58,995 bases of DNA. Origin: a bacterium (GTDB lineage: Bacteria; UBP15; UBA6099; JAJRTR01). Location of the stretch: the NCBI GenBank assembly GCA_024278215.1, contig JAJRTR010000138.1:67747-126741 (forward strand), in the 5' to 3' direction. The notes under the pieces were generated by a model. The model was not told the DNA's origin. It did no database searches and saw nothing but the letters and a program-made list of their open reading frames with translations. Below, in pieces: positions 28,439 through 38,871 of this stretch. The position numbers and the translations under genes were made by a program. Each line of letters opens with the position of its first letter. Position 1 is the first letter of the stretch.

Positions 28439-29530
28439 TCAGCGTTTTTTAATTTTTTCGAGGATCATGTCGATTGCGAGTCCTGCTTCTCCTGTGGCGA
28501 CGCTGTCTTCCTCTTCGGGGGGGAGTTGGCCTCTTGCATCGAGTATGAAGTTGTTGTTTCTGTGGTAGAGGGGCATATTCATGAGGGGATTGCTTTTAAG
28601 TCGCGGCACGAGCGGACGGCGCATACCGAACGGGCCGTCGTCTGTTTCGACGATGATCTTAGCGGGCAGGAAAGTCTGGCGGGTGGAGCCGGTCGAGTAG
28701 CGGATATTGCCGCCGGTGCAATTGAAGAGACCGCTTTCGCGATCTGCCATTGCGAGCGCGCGGATGCTCATTGTGATGTAGACAGCCGGGCCGTCGTTGT
28801 ATTTGAAAAGCACAGCGGCGTGTTCGGGTTTGACGGCATCTTCCGAGACCGTCGCGGCATCGCCGGTGACTTCGTCCGGCGTGCCGAAGAACCACACGGC
28901 GAGGTCGAGCAGATGGCACAATACTTCCAGTACACCGCCCGGTGTGCGCGGGTCTTTCAGCCGCCAGTCGGGACTGAACTTCTCGGATGAATAGCCGAAT
29001 TTGCGCATGATGCCGACCATCGTATTCACTGCGGGCACAGTGCCGAATGTCGATAATCCGTCCCAGCGGAACTCGGCGCCGAAACAGCGTCCGTATTTTT
29101 CTTCGCGAATCATCTGGCGCACGCGGGCGATGCCGCTGTCGTATCTTTTGTGGAAGCCTGTGTGCAGCACGACACCGCTGTCGCTGCATATATCGACAAT
29201 TTTTCGCGATTCGGCGGCGGATGTTGCAAGCGGTTTTTCGCATAGCACGTGTATGCCGCGCCCGGCGGCTGCCGATGCGATGTCCGGATGTGTGAATGTC
29301 GGTGTGCATATGCTCACGGCGTCAACACCCGAGTTGTCCAGCATGTCCTCGTAATCCGTGTAAACCTGTTGCGCTCCGAATTTCTTCGATATGCCGCGCG
29401 CCTGCTCTTCGCGCACGTCGCACACTGAAGTGAAGTCGCAGGCGGGATTCAGGTAATAGGGCAGGGCGTGCCCCGGCAGAGCGAAGCGCCCGCATCCGAT
29501 GAGACCGACTTTCAGTTTGTTGTCAGACAT
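28439..29530 (-). CDS. Gfo/Idh/MocA family oxidoreductase
   Basis: GLIGCG, ICTP, HVLCEKP, GFHKRYD, HLLD. Confidence 0.92.
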   Translation of the reverse strand: MSDNKLKVGLIGCGRFALPGHALPYYLNPACDFTSVCDVREEQARGISKKFGAQQVYTDYEDMLDNSGVDAVSICTPTFTHPDIASAAAGRGIHVLCEKPLATSAAESRKIVDICSDSGVVLHTGFHKRYDSGIARVRQMIREEKYGRCFGAEFRWDGLSTFGTVPAVNTMVGIMRKFGYSSEKFSPDWRLKDPRTPGGVLEVLCHLLDLAVWFFGTPDEVTGDAATVSEDAVKPEHAAVLFKYNDGPAVYITMSIRALAMADRESGLFNCTGGNIRYSTGSTRQTFLPAKIIVETDDGPFGMRRPLVPRLKSNPLMNMPLYHRNNNFILDARGQLPPEEEDSVATGEAGLAIDMILEKIKKR

Positions 29531-29656
29531 GTGCTGCTCCGTAATGTGTGTCGTGGTTTTATGCTCTTATTCTGTCGTGAGCGACAACATGTTGTCGCCA
29601 GGCGGGTAATAAGGTGAACGCAGAGCGACCACACGTTTTATATTGCCTGTTGAATC

Positions 29657-30580
29657 TCACAGCATCCCCAGGTCGCCGAGGCAAGCGTGGATTCGCGCCC
29701 TGTCTTCATCACCGACGGGCATGAGTGGCGCACGCATTGTGTCGTTGTCGATGACGCCGAGTTCTTTGAGCGCGGTTTTCATGCGCGCCCTGTAGTTGCG
29801 TACAGGCACATCGAATATAACTTCTTCGAGCGGCCTGATCTTTTCCCACAGGTCGCGGCCTTCCTGCACACGACCTTCGAGCGCGGCGCGGTGCATGTCG
29901 ATCTGCTCCTGGACGGCGATTGTGCCGAACCCGATCAGTGCCCCGGTTGCGCCGAGCAGGAACGATTCGTATATGAAATTGTCGTTGCCCGTGAGGATCG
30001 TAATATCATTGCCCGCCTTGCGGAGCAAGGTGCAGGTTGTGACGAAAGTTACGGCGTCGAAAGAAGCCTCCTTGATAGCGACGGCCTGCTCGATGTCCGC
30101 GAGAGCGAGCAGGGTTTCTTCCTGGAAGATCGCGCCCGCGAGAGCGGCCTGAAGCTGGAAAAGAATCATCGGCAGGCCTGAAGCGGTGGCGATAGCTTTA
30201 TGGTACGCCACAGGGATTTCCGGGCCGAGCGCCGCGCCCGCGAAAACCGGCGGCGGGAATATCACCAGCGCGTCCGCGCCGCATTCTTTCGCCATCTTTG
30301 CCTGTTGCTGCGCTTCGCGTGTGGACCTGCCCGCGATACCCGCGAGAATCGGCAGCGAGCCGCCCATCTCTTTGCTGTATATTTCCAGCAATCGTGCGCG
30401 TTCTTCATCCGACAGGTGAGGTCCCTCGCCCGTGTCCATGTTCACGGCGAGTCCCTTCAGGCCCTTAAAGCTCTTCAGCCATTCGATGTATTTGTGCAGT
30501 TGCTTTTCGTCTATTTCAGACTGATCGTTCATCGGTGTCACAACCGCGGGAATTATTCCGTCAAGGTCCAGCATTTCCAT
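29657..30580 (-). CDS. Dihydrodipicolinate synthase/N-acetylneuraminate lyase family aldolase
   Basis: PAVVTPM, TGEG, IKEAS Schiff-base Lys, LTGND. Confidence 0.88.
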   Translation of the reverse strand: MEMLDLDGIIPAVVTPMNDQSEIDEKQLHKYIEWLKSFKGLKGLAVNMDTGEGPHLSDEERARLLEIYSKEMGGSLPILAGIAGRSTREAQQQAKMAKECGADALVIFPPPVFAGAALGPEIPVAYHKAIATASGLPMILFQLQAALAGAIFQEETLLALADIEQAVAIKEASFDAVTFVTTCTLLRKAGNDITILTGNDNFIYESFLLGATGALIGFGTIAVQEQIDMHRAALEGRVQEGRDLWEKIRPLEEVIFDVPVRNYRARMKTALKELGVIDNDTMRAPLMPVGDEDRARIHACLGDLGML

Positions 30581-30589
30581 GCCTCGCTT

Positions 30590-31825
30590 TCATTGCACAC
30601 TTGATCCGGCGGTCTCATCATGTGATTTCCGGGCCGCCTTGAGCCGCTTGAGAACGTCCTTATAACACTTGTCGTATATGACACAACCTGTTTTAACCTT
30701 GTTTCGCAACAGATATGAGCAATTGTTGGTTTTGCAGCCGATGCACCAGTTAACGCGGTCCGTGTCGTCGCACATGAGTTTTCGCGGTGTTTCCGGGTCG
30801 GCGAAACTCTGGCGACCGAGACCGATGGCATCGACACGGCCCGCCTTTATGTTTTCCACCGCGCGTGTGACAAAGTCCTTCTTGAGCGGAGTGTAGCCCG
30901 CCCCGATTACCGGCAGCCGGGGCGAACATTCTTTTGCCCATGCCGCAAGCCGGTGGTGCAGCGCGAGCGCTTCGTCGATCTTTTCAAATCTCGCGTGCGG
31001 TCTGACGTAGTCGGGTTCGAGATACGGGATGCCCATCGACTCGCACACGAAGGCTGCGCCCGCGTCCGTGAGTTGCCGCATAATCCGGGGCAGGTCGCCG
31101 CCCGGCTCGAAGTGCAACCCTTCCTTCATGCCGGAGCCGAGTCCGCCGGGAAAACACTCGGTGAGCGAGATGCGCGACCCGAAAAAGAAGTCGTCGCCTG
31201 CAAGTGATTGTGCCGTCCGGATAAGCCGGGAGAAGAACCTCATGCGGTTGTCGAACGCGCCGCCGAAACTGTCTGTGCGGCTGTTTGCGGGCCTGGCCAG
31301 TTCGATGTTCAGGTAGCCGTGGCAGCATTTGAGGTCGACGCCGTCCGCCCCGGCGCGTTTGGCGAGTTCGACGGCACGAGCCGAATTGTCCGCCGCCTCT
31401 TCGAGTTCCGAAGTTGTCGCCACGGGTGTGTCCGGGCCGATGTCCCAAGTGGGGTCGAGCAGTTCGTGGTGATAGGGCAGGGTGGGTGTCAGCCCATAGC
31501 GGCCCGCGTGATTGATCTGGAAGATGACGGCCGGAGGCGCAGGGTGGGAAGTTTTCATCGTTTCAATAAGTTGTTTGAAGCCGTCGAGGTTGCGGGGCGA
31601 CAGAATCATCTGGCCGGGTCGCGCTTTGCCGCGCTCGTCGGGAGCGACAGCCTCGACATAAACTATGCCCCAGCCACCGGCGGCAAGTTGTCTGTAACGC
31701 GCCAGCGTCGACGCGGTCGGTGCGCCGCCGGGAGTCGCGTCGTTGCCTTCCATCGGGAGTGTGGACAAACGGTTTTTGACCGTCATGTCGCCCAGTTTCC
31801 ATTTTTCAAATAATGGTTCCAGCAT
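30590..31825 (-). CDS. NADH:flavin oxidoreductase (Old Yellow Enzyme family)
   Basis: VKNR, QINHAGR, HGYL, RTDSFGGxFDNRMRF, GRQSFADP, C-terminal Cys cluster. Confidence 0.88.
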   Translation of the reverse strand: MLEPLFEKWKLGDMTVKNRLSTLPMEGNDATPGGAPTASTLARYRQLAAGGWGIVYVEAVAPDERGKARPGQMILSPRNLDGFKQLIETMKTSHPAPPAVIFQINHAGRYGLTPTLPYHHELLDPTWDIGPDTPVATTSELEEAADNSARAVELAKRAGADGVDLKCCHGYLNIELARPANSRTDSFGGAFDNRMRFFSRLIRTAQSLAGDDFFFGSRISLTECFPGGLGSGMKEGLHFEPGGDLPRIMRQLTDAGAAFVCESMGIPYLEPDYVRPHARFEKIDEALALHHRLAAWAKECSPRLPVIGAGYTPLKKDFVTRAVENIKAGRVDAIGLGRQSFADPETPRKLMCDDTDRVNWCIGCKTNNCSYLLRNKVKTGCVIYDKCYKDVLKRLKAARKSHDETAGSSVQ

Positions 31826-31849
31826 TATTCGTTGCGCCTCGAAGTTTTT

Positions 31850-32725
31850 TCAGACATGAGTTTTCACAAGTTCGGTCGGGAAGAAAAAACGCACGATCTC
31901 AAGGAAACCACTGCTGTAAGGTTTTCCTGAAATATATAATTGGAGGTCTTCGATTTCCTTCTCGAAGCTGCCGGTATAGTTTCTGATATTCGCAGGCGCG
32001 GCGCGGCACTCGAAACACCGGAACATCGGCACATCGTTCAACGAATCGCCGACAGCAAGCGCCTGTGAAGACTTCAGGCCTGTCGACTCGATGATTGTCA
32101 GTACGGCCTCGCCCTTGTTCATGGTTTTCGTCTTATGGTAGAAGTGCATGTGAACCGTCGAGTAGTTCATGGCCAGCGGTGCGTCGCAACCTTCATAGCG
32201 GATATTGTTTTGCCTGAGAAAACCCCTGTATTCTTTATCCAGCATATCTACCGCGCCTTTGATTCGGTCCATTGTTTTCTGTGATATGGTTTTTCCGTTC
32301 GACTCACGCGTGCAGAGAGTGAGATCGGCGCTGCGGCTGAAGTTGTCGTCGGCGGGGGCAGGGGCGGAGACACCGCAATCTGCGAGGAAGTCACCGAAAA
32401 AACTTCTGGGTTCGGTATCGTTTTCAAGCAGCAGCGGCTTGTGGACAACTACGCGCGGCCACTGCGGGTTTTCGCCCATCAACTGGAGCACACCGCCGTT
32501 CTCGCCGATTACGCCGGCAATGAGTGTTGCGGGCAGGAGATATTCCGCAAGGCCGCGCACCACCGGGAACGGTCTACCGGAAGCCAGTATGACCGGGATA
32601 TTGCGTTCGGCAAGCAGCGCGAAGGCCTCGAGCGTGTCCTTGTCGATTCTGCCGTCGCAGTTGGTAATCGTGTGGTCGACATCGGTGGCCAGCAACCTTA
32701 TTTCAGGGCATCCGTCAATGTCCAT
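31850..32725 (-). CDS. HAD-IIB (Cof-like) phosphatase
   Basis: DVDHT motif I, ASGR, ENG, KG, GDSLNDVPM; start set at ATG 32725 after GGAG (ORF extends to 32875). Confidence 0.85.
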   Translation of the reverse strand: MDIDGCPEIRLLATDVDHTITNCDGRIDKDTLEAFALLAERNIPVILASGRPFPVVRGLAEYLLPATLIAGVIGENGGVLQLMGENPQWPRVVVHKPLLLENDTEPRSFFGDFLADCGVSAPAPADDNFSRSADLTLCTRESNGKTISQKTMDRIKGAVDMLDKEYRGFLRQNNIRYEGCDAPLAMNYSTVHMHFYHKTKTMNKGEAVLTIIESTGLKSSQALAVGDSLNDVPMFRCFECRAAPANIRNYTGSFEKEIEDLQLYISGKPYSSGFLEIVRFFFPTELVKTHV

Positions 32726-32904
32726 TTCCGGTAACTCCAATAGCGGGTAAGATGTAATATCGCTTGAAGCAAAGCTTCGATTTCGTTCATAATACAGTAC
32801 ATCAAATAAATAGTCAAAACGATATGGCCTTGATTTTGGTATGTGTTGTATGTTTAAATGGTATTCCCTGAACATATCGTCTGAATGAGACCCGGGAGAA
32901 AAAA

Positions 32905-34914
32905 ATGAACCAGTTTATCGAAAGTCTCCAGTTGGGGCGGATGTACGAGCATGTGAGTCCGATCGACTGGTATATTATCGTCGCATATATGATCTTTGCG
33001 CTGGGGATTGCGTTATACCACAGCCGAAACGCGACGAGCGGACTGGACAACTACTTCGTGTCGGGCCGCAAGATGGCATGGTGGCTGCTGGGTACGTCGA
33101 TGGTCGCGACGACCTTCGCCGCCGACACGCCGCTGGCAGTCAGTGGCTGGGTCATCAGCAAGGGCATATCAATGAACTGGTGGTGGTGGGGCATGGCGAT
33201 GGCCCATCTCGCGGGCGTGTTCTTTTTCTCGCGCCTGTGGCGGCGTTCCGAGGTGCTCACAGACACCGAACTCACGGAACTTCGCTACGACGGCACGAGC
33301 GCGGCGTTCCTGCGCGGGTTCAGGGGAATCTATTTCGCCTTATTTTATAATTGCATTGTCATCGGCTGGGTGAACCTTGCGATGGTCAAGCTGATCGGAT
33401 ATACACTCGGCATCGACAAGTTCACTGCTCTCATCATCTGCTTCACGTTCAGTCTCATATATACAATGCTGGCCGGGCTCACGGGCGTTATGGTAACGGA
33501 CCTCATCCAGTTTACGCTGGCCATGTTCGGGTCGGTATACCTGGCGATAGTCGCCGTAAGCCATATAGGCGGCATGGACACGGTGCTGGCGAAGATCACC
33601 GAAAATTTCGGGGCGGAAAAAGCGGCGGAACTCACCGCAATGTTCCCGGCCTACGGCACAGAGATGTTCCTCACAGTGTGCGTGTTCGTGTTTTTTCAGT
33701 GGTGGACGGCGACGAATATCGACTGCGGCGGCTACCTCGCCCAGCGCATGTTGTCGGCGCGTGACGAGCGGCACTCATTCTTCGGACTGCTGTGGTTCAA
33801 CATCGCGCACTACTGCCTGCGGCCGTGGCCGTGGATCGTGGTCGGACTCTGCGCGGCGGCGCTGTACGGTCCTGTCGGCAGCCCCGGCGGACTTGCCGAC
33901 CCGGAGGTGGGCTATGTGAAAATAATGCTCGATTTTTTGCCGGCAGGTATGCTTGGCATCGTGCTCGCCTCGTTCTTCGGCGCGTACATGAGCACTATCG
34001 ACACACATCTCAACTGGGGCGCGTCCTACCTGGTCAACGACATCTATAAGAGGTTTCTTGAAAAGAACTATGGCAATCACACTTATAATATTATCTCATG
34101 GTCTTTTTTTGTTGTTTTCCTCATCTTTGGATATTCTCTGTACGGCAGAACACTCGGCTCGCAGCCCGAGTCGGCGAAATATGTCGTGTATTTTGTAATC
34201 GCATTTTCGTTGATTTTCATTACATACAAGCTGTTCATCAGACCTCGCGAATCGGGCAAGCACTACATTCACGTATCACTTCTGGCGACAGTATTTATCG
34301 CGCTGTGCGGCGCCGCCGGCACGATGATGATGAAAAGCATCTCGGGCGCTTGGTTCATCGTCACGGCAATTTACGCGGGGCTGGCGATTATCTATGTTCT
34401 CAGATGGTACTGGTGGGAGATAAACGCCTGGAGCGAGATAGGGGCGATGTTCGGCGCTCTCTTCGGCACGTTTCTTTTCCGCTATTATATGGGAACAGTA
34501 GCGTTTCCCGATTTCAGGTTTGGACAATGGGGGATAAAACTTTTCAACTTTCCGTTCGTGTTGCTGCTGATAGTGCCGTGTTCACTGGCGTTTTCTTTTC
34601 TCGCGACAGCCGTTACAAAGCCTGTTTCGACGGAGCAACTCGTCAGGTTTTATAAGAAAGTGCGGCCCGGCGGACCCGGCTGGAAACCCATCCAGGCACT
34701 AGTGCCCGGCGCGGAGAAGGACCCAGGCCCCGGAAGCAAGTTTATCGCTTATATCACTTCGGTGGTCGCCGTCTACTGCACACTGTTCGGGATCGGCAAA
34801 CTCATCATGGGGCCAAGGCTGCTCGGCGCGCTTCTGCTGGGCATAGCCATCGTGCTTGCCGTTGTATTGTGGAACATGCTCTCGCACCTGATATGGACAC
34901 AGGAGGAATCATAG
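32905..34914 (+). CDS. Sodium:solute symporter (SSS) family
   Basis: YFVSGR, SMVATTFAADTPL, QRMLSA, AYMSTIDT, multiple TMs. Confidence 0.92.
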   Translation: MNQFIESLQLGRMYEHVSPIDWYIIVAYMIFALGIALYHSRNATSGLDNYFVSGRKMAWWLLGTSMVATTFAADTPLAVSGWVISKGISMNWWWWGMAMAHLAGVFFFSRLWRRSEVLTDTELTELRYDGTSAAFLRGFRGIYFALFYNCIVIGWVNLAMVKLIGYTLGIDKFTALIICFTFSLIYTMLAGLTGVMVTDLIQFTLAMFGSVYLAIVAVSHIGGMDTVLAKITENFGAEKAAELTAMFPAYGTEMFLTVCVFVFFQWWTATNIDCGGYLAQRMLSARDERHSFFGLLWFNIAHYCLRPWPWIVVGLCAAALYGPVGSPGGLADPEVGYVKIMLDFLPAGMLGIVLASFFGAYMSTIDTHLNWGASYLVNDIYKRFLEKNYGNHTYNIISWSFFVVFLIFGYSLYGRTLGSQPESAKYVVYFVIAFSLIFITYKLFIRPRESGKHYIHVSLLATVFIALCGAAGTMMMKSISGAWFIVTAIYAGLAIIYVLRWYWWEINAWSEIGAMFGALFGTFLFRYYMGTVAFPDFRFGQWGIKLFNFPFVLLLIVPCSLAFSFLATAVTKPVSTEQLVRFYKKVRPGGPGWKPIQALVPGAEKDPGPGSKFIAYITSVVAVYCTLFGIGKLIMGPRLLGALLLGIAIVLAVVLWNMLSHLIWTQEES

Positions 34915-34957
34915 GTTTCAGCAGTCGTACCTCTGAACCGTCGGGACAAATATTGCA

Positions 34958-35953
34958 ATGCTTCTGAATATTTCCCTATTCATACTTGGGTTTGTCATTC
35001 TCTATTTCGGGGCGGAATGGCTTGTGAAGGGTGCGGCGACAATCGCACATTCACTGGGCATCCGGCCTGTTGTCGTGGGGCTTACAGTCATCGCCTTCGG
35101 CACATCGGCACCGGAGTTTTCCGTAAGCATACTTTCCTCCCTCAAAGGCGTGACGGACATCGCCATCGGCAATGTCGTGGGCAGCAACGTGGCGAATGTG
35201 GGCCTTGTGCTGGGGCTTGCCGCCGTGTTGAAACCCTTCGCGGTGGACAGAGGTTCCGTGTCGCGCGAGTTGTGGATGTCGCTCGCCGGCGCGCTGTTGT
35301 TCTTCGTTCTGTGTTTCGACCGGACGGCAAGCCGTCTCGACGGGTTTATTCTTCTGGCGGGCATCACGGCATTCACGACATATTGCATAGTTGACGAAAA
35401 GAAAAGAATGACCGCGGCGGCGGGGCAGCCGGTCGGAGAGCGGCAGGGCAGGGCGGAGCAGGAAGGCGGCGGAGGCGATGATGCCGACGATAGTGACGGC
35501 CTTTCCATACCTGTTTGCATACTGATGGTCGCAGCGGGATTGTGTCTGCTGGTCGGCGGCGCGAAGCTTATGACTGATTCCGCCGTGTTCATCGCACGCG
35601 CGCTCGGCGTGAGCGAACTCGCCATCGGCCTGACAGTCGTCGCGCTCGGCACATCGCTGCCCGAGGTGGCGGCTTCCGTCGTAAGCGTGTTCCGCGGCGA
35701 AGCCGAGCTGGCGGTCGGCAATGTGCTCGGTTCGAACATCTTCAACCTCTTCATGGTCATCGGCGGTGTGGCCGTCATCAACCCGATGCCGGTTGCCGCG
35801 TCCACGGTATATTACCAGATACCGATAATGATAGGTTTTACCGTTGCCATAATAGCGCCGCTGATAATATTTCAGAAAGTCAGCCGGCTATGCGGGTTTG
35901 TGCTCCTCGCCGGCTATGCGGGTTTTATCCTGCTGAGTTTCCTCGCTGCATGA
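34958..35953 (+). CDS. Calcium/sodium antiporter (CaCA, YrbG-like)
   Basis: Two alpha repeats GTSAPE/GTSLPE and GNVVGSN/GNVLGSN. Confidence 0.93.
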   Translation: MLLNISLFILGFVILYFGAEWLVKGAATIAHSLGIRPVVVGLTVIAFGTSAPEFSVSILSSLKGVTDIAIGNVVGSNVANVGLVLGLAAVLKPFAVDRGSVSRELWMSLAGALLFFVLCFDRTASRLDGFILLAGITAFTTYCIVDEKKRMTAAAGQPVGERQGRAEQEGGGGDDADDSDGLSIPVCILMVAAGLCLLVGGAKLMTDSAVFIARALGVSELAIGLTVVALGTSLPEVAASVVSVFRGEAELAVGNVLGSNIFNLFMVIGGVAVINPMPVAASTVYYQIPIMIGFTVAIIAPLIIFQKVSRLCGFVLLAGYAGFILLSFLAA

Positions 35954-36022
35954 TCGAGCGTGATTATTGTACAAGTGGATTGCGCGGATACATACGGAGA
36001 AATTGACGGGAGTTGCTTCGAA

Positions 36023-36301
36023 ATGACGAGCTGTTGCCTTATGGGATGCTTCGGGGCATTGCTGGGCCGTGTGGGAGTCGTTTTCCTGTGGATAGTCGGC
36101 TGGTTCGCGCGCGCCGGCGTACCCGGAGTATGGATATTGATAGGTTTTCTCTTTGCCCCTCTCAGTCTCATCTGCGTGGGGGGGGTAAATGCTTTTTTCG
36201 ATGGTCACTGGGGCCTGTTCCAGAAAGTCGCCCTCCTGATTTGCCTTCTCATCGATCTTGGTGGAGACGGTAGTCCCGCTGTGCATAAGAGACGCCGCTG
36301 A
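36023..36301 (+). CDS. Small hypothetical membrane protein
   Basis: Hydrophobic 92-aa ORF, Cys-rich N-terminus, GFLFAP, basic tail; GGGAG RBS. Confidence 0.65.
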   Translation: MTSCCLMGCFGALLGRVGVVFLWIVGWFARAGVPGVWILIGFLFAPLSLICVGGVNAFFDGHWGLFQKVALLICLLIDLGGDGSPAVHKRRR

Positions 36302-36309
36302 CCATTTTT

Positions 36310-36338
36310 AACCCGGATTTCATAGTGAGGAATCCGGG
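36310..36338 (+). repeat. Diverged solo left hairpin of family B element
   Basis: AACCCGGATTTCATAGTGAGGAATCCGGG between convergent genes. Confidence 0.65.
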
Positions 36339-36397
36339 CTGACACAAATTCTCCCGCAGGTGCGGATATGTTCGGGAGCGCGAATTGAATACACCAT

Positions 36398-37894
36398 CTA
36401 CCACAACTCGATCTTATCAATTCCCATTTTTTTAAATTCAGGAATGGATAAATGAAGGGTTTGCGCGTTGGCGTCACATATTTTCGCTTTGAGGATTATG
36501 TTCTGCGGCCCCAGGATGTTCAGAATATTGGAGATGCCCCTGACTGACTGGCTGAAACTGTTTTTTACACGTGTTACCCCGTCATGAATATGCGAAATAT
36601 GGCTGTGCAGCGAAACGGATGCGCGGTCGAGCCCGGCATCCGCAGCTTCTCGGCAGAAAGTCCGATATGAAAACATCCTGCCGTTTGTGACAACACTTAC
36701 CTGTTTATATCCGATTGATTTTGCGTAGCGTATGAAATGAAAGAAGTCCGGGTGTATCGCAGGCTCACCGCCCACAAGATTCAGAAAGTCCGCGCCGTTG
36801 ACTCTGCCTTCGGAAATTTCCTTTTCCACCTCCGTCCGCGCAACAAAACTTCCGTCCATTTCGCCTGCCTCCGGACAAAACACGCAACCGTTATTGCAGG
36901 TCCCGGATATGCGCACACTAACTGTCTGGCCGGTCGGCCGGGCATCATGCGCCGGTCTGCCGAGAGGAGGCTCACCCTGTGGCGTTCCGGGCACACTCGC
37001 AACATCGTTTTTTACAGGTGTGAGTTCTCCCACGCCATATATGTCCGCATAAGCTTTCCATACGCCGTAGCAGATCGGATCGTGAATACATTCGCTGCAC
37101 ACGCTGCTCTTGGTCTTATGCGCGCCGGATGTTTCGATGATGATATTGTGATCGGATTTCGAAAGTTGACCCTCTGTGCCTCTGATGAATTCGGAGCAAG
37201 CGAATTCAACACCGCCCATGAAACATGCAGGAACGCCGCAGTCGGGGTTGAATGATGTTATGCCTCTGTCGCGGCAAACTGTGTGCGCCTCGACAAGCAG
37301 CGGCGCAATTTCGGAATATCGTGGAACGATCCACGGATTCGCCCGGGCGCGTCCGTCGGGATTCGCGACGGATATAGTGACAGCTTTCACGAAAGGCAGT
37401 CGTTCCGACACGAATTCAATATAATCCGGAAGCCGCCGGAAGTTGAAAGCGTTGACAACGATATTGAGGCTGACGGGAACCCCGGCGGCATCTATCGCAT
37501 GTATACCTTCTATAGTCTGCGCCCAGGCGCCACGAGTCTGTGTAAGGAAGTCGGAAAGTGCAGCCGTATGCGCGTGCAGGGCGACCAGCACATCGGTAAA
37601 ACCGTTGTCTTTCATACGACCGGCCATTCCTTTTTTCCGGAAAGCCATTGCGTTTGTCTGGAGAGAAATAGTCTCGAAATTTCCTGACTCCGCCGCATAG
37701 GACGACAACTCGAAAAGACCTTTGTGAAGAGAAGGCTCACCACCGCTGAATGTTATCGCCGGCGTCGACTGCTCCGCAATTTCATCTATCTCTCTGCGTA
37801 CTTCCCCGACCGATCGATCAGGCATATCTAAAAGCCTCGAACAGAAAAGGCACTTCTGGTTGCAACGACCTGTCAGGAGGATAACTTTATGCAT
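36398..37894 (-). CDS. Radical SAM protein with two tandem radical SAM domains (HxsC-like)
   Basis: CNQKCLFC + SGGEP, CSECxxxxxCYG, then second CNNGCVFC + VGGEP + TNGRMF. Confidence 0.88.
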   Translation of the reverse strand: MHKVILLTGRCNQKCLFCSRLLDMPDRSVGEVRREIDEIAEQSTPAITFSGGEPSLHKGLFELSSYAAESGNFETISLQTNAMAFRKKGMAGRMKDNGFTDVLVALHAHTAALSDFLTQTRGAWAQTIEGIHAIDAAGVPVSLNIVVNAFNFRRLPDYIEFVSERLPFVKAVTISVANPDGRARANPWIVPRYSEIAPLLVEAHTVCRDRGITSFNPDCGVPACFMGGVEFACSEFIRGTEGQLSKSDHNIIIETSGAHKTKSSVCSECIHDPICYGVWKAYADIYGVGELTPVKNDVASVPGTPQGEPPLGRPAHDARPTGQTVSVRISGTCNNGCVFCPEAGEMDGSFVARTEVEKEISEGRVNGADFLNLVGGEPAIHPDFFHFIRYAKSIGYKQVSVVTNGRMFSYRTFCREAADAGLDRASVSLHSHISHIHDGVTRVKNSFSQSVRGISNILNILGPQNIILKAKICDANAQTLHLSIPEFKKMGIDKIELW

Positions 37895-37989
37895 ATTTTT
37901 CGCCGGTCAAGAATCTGTTTCCTTCCAGGTTGATTTTACACGAAAACTCCCGCCGGGGTAAATGGATTCAGTGCGCAGCTCGCTGTCCG

Positions 37990-38871
37990 TTATTGTCCGC
38001 CGTAGAAGCCGCAGATCGCCGCCGCCAGAAAGATGAGAAGCATTCCAATCCAGTTTCTTTTCAGCGGTTTCTCGCCAAGCACAACTACCGAACCAAGGAA
38101 CGCAAACGGAATAACTGTAGCGAAAACGGGCGAGAAGATGGATGCGGGCAATGCGTCGATACCTGCCATCAGTATCGTGTCGCCGATCACGAGCGTGATC
38201 GCGGATATTACGGCGAGCTGGATGCCTCGCGCGCTCGAAGGCCCTTTTACAAACGGTGAACATCCAAGATGGAACGCCGCGGCCGCTATCATTGTATAGA
38301 ACACAAATGCCGCCTCGTTTATGTTGCCTATCAGCACCTTGGTCAGCACGACCGACACAGCCCACAACAGCGACACACTCAACGCCGCCGGCAACGCCCA
38401 CTTCCACCTGCGCTCCGTCGACGCTTTCGGCGTCATCAGCGCTATGCCGACAATCAGCAATATAAGGACCACCGCGAGCGCCGGAAAGAATTTTTCTTTA
38501 AGAAAGATTATCGAGAGCACGACGGCCCACACGCTCAGGGAGTTGCTCACGGGCGCTACCCTGTGCATGCTGTCTTTTTCCATCGCGGTGAAGAACAGCA
38601 TTGCACCGATCCCCCACGCCATGATCGCTATGACCGCCGTCATCGCAAACTGCGACCATGTTATCGCCTGCGGCCACTGCCCCGATATCACCCGCGTGGC
38701 AACAAGCGCAAATGGAACGGCGGTAGCATACCTCACAGTACACATCTTCAGGGGGTGCATGTCCTTTGTGGCCATCTTGCCGGTAAGTTGAGCAATGCCA
38801 CAAATGGATGCCCCGGTAATCGTTATCAATATGCCGCTGATCGCTTCGGTCAGTCTGTTACCTCTCTTCAC
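37990..38871 (-). CDS. DMT/EamA family transporter
   Basis: About 10 TMs, duplicated halves ending FLKEK / VLGEK. Confidence 0.88.
   Translation of the reverse strand: MKRGNRLTEAISGILITITGASICGIAQLTGKMATKDMHPLKMCTVRYATAVPFALVATRVISGQWPQAITWSQFAMTAVIAIMAWGIGAMLFFTAMEKDSMHRVAPVSNSLSVWAVVLSIIFLKEKFFPALAVVLILLIVGIALMTPKASTERRWKWALPAALSVSLLWAVSVVLTKVLIGNINEAAFVFYTMIAAAAFHLGCSPFVKGPSSARGIQLAVISAITLVIGDTILMAGIDALPASIFSPVFATVIPFAFLGSVVVLGEKPLKRNWIGMLLIFLAAAICGFYGGQ

Noticed and set aside
29657-30580. Calling the DHDPS-family gene dapA
   Set aside because: Lacks the GTTGE motif and catalytic Tyr, and has no lysine-pathway context.
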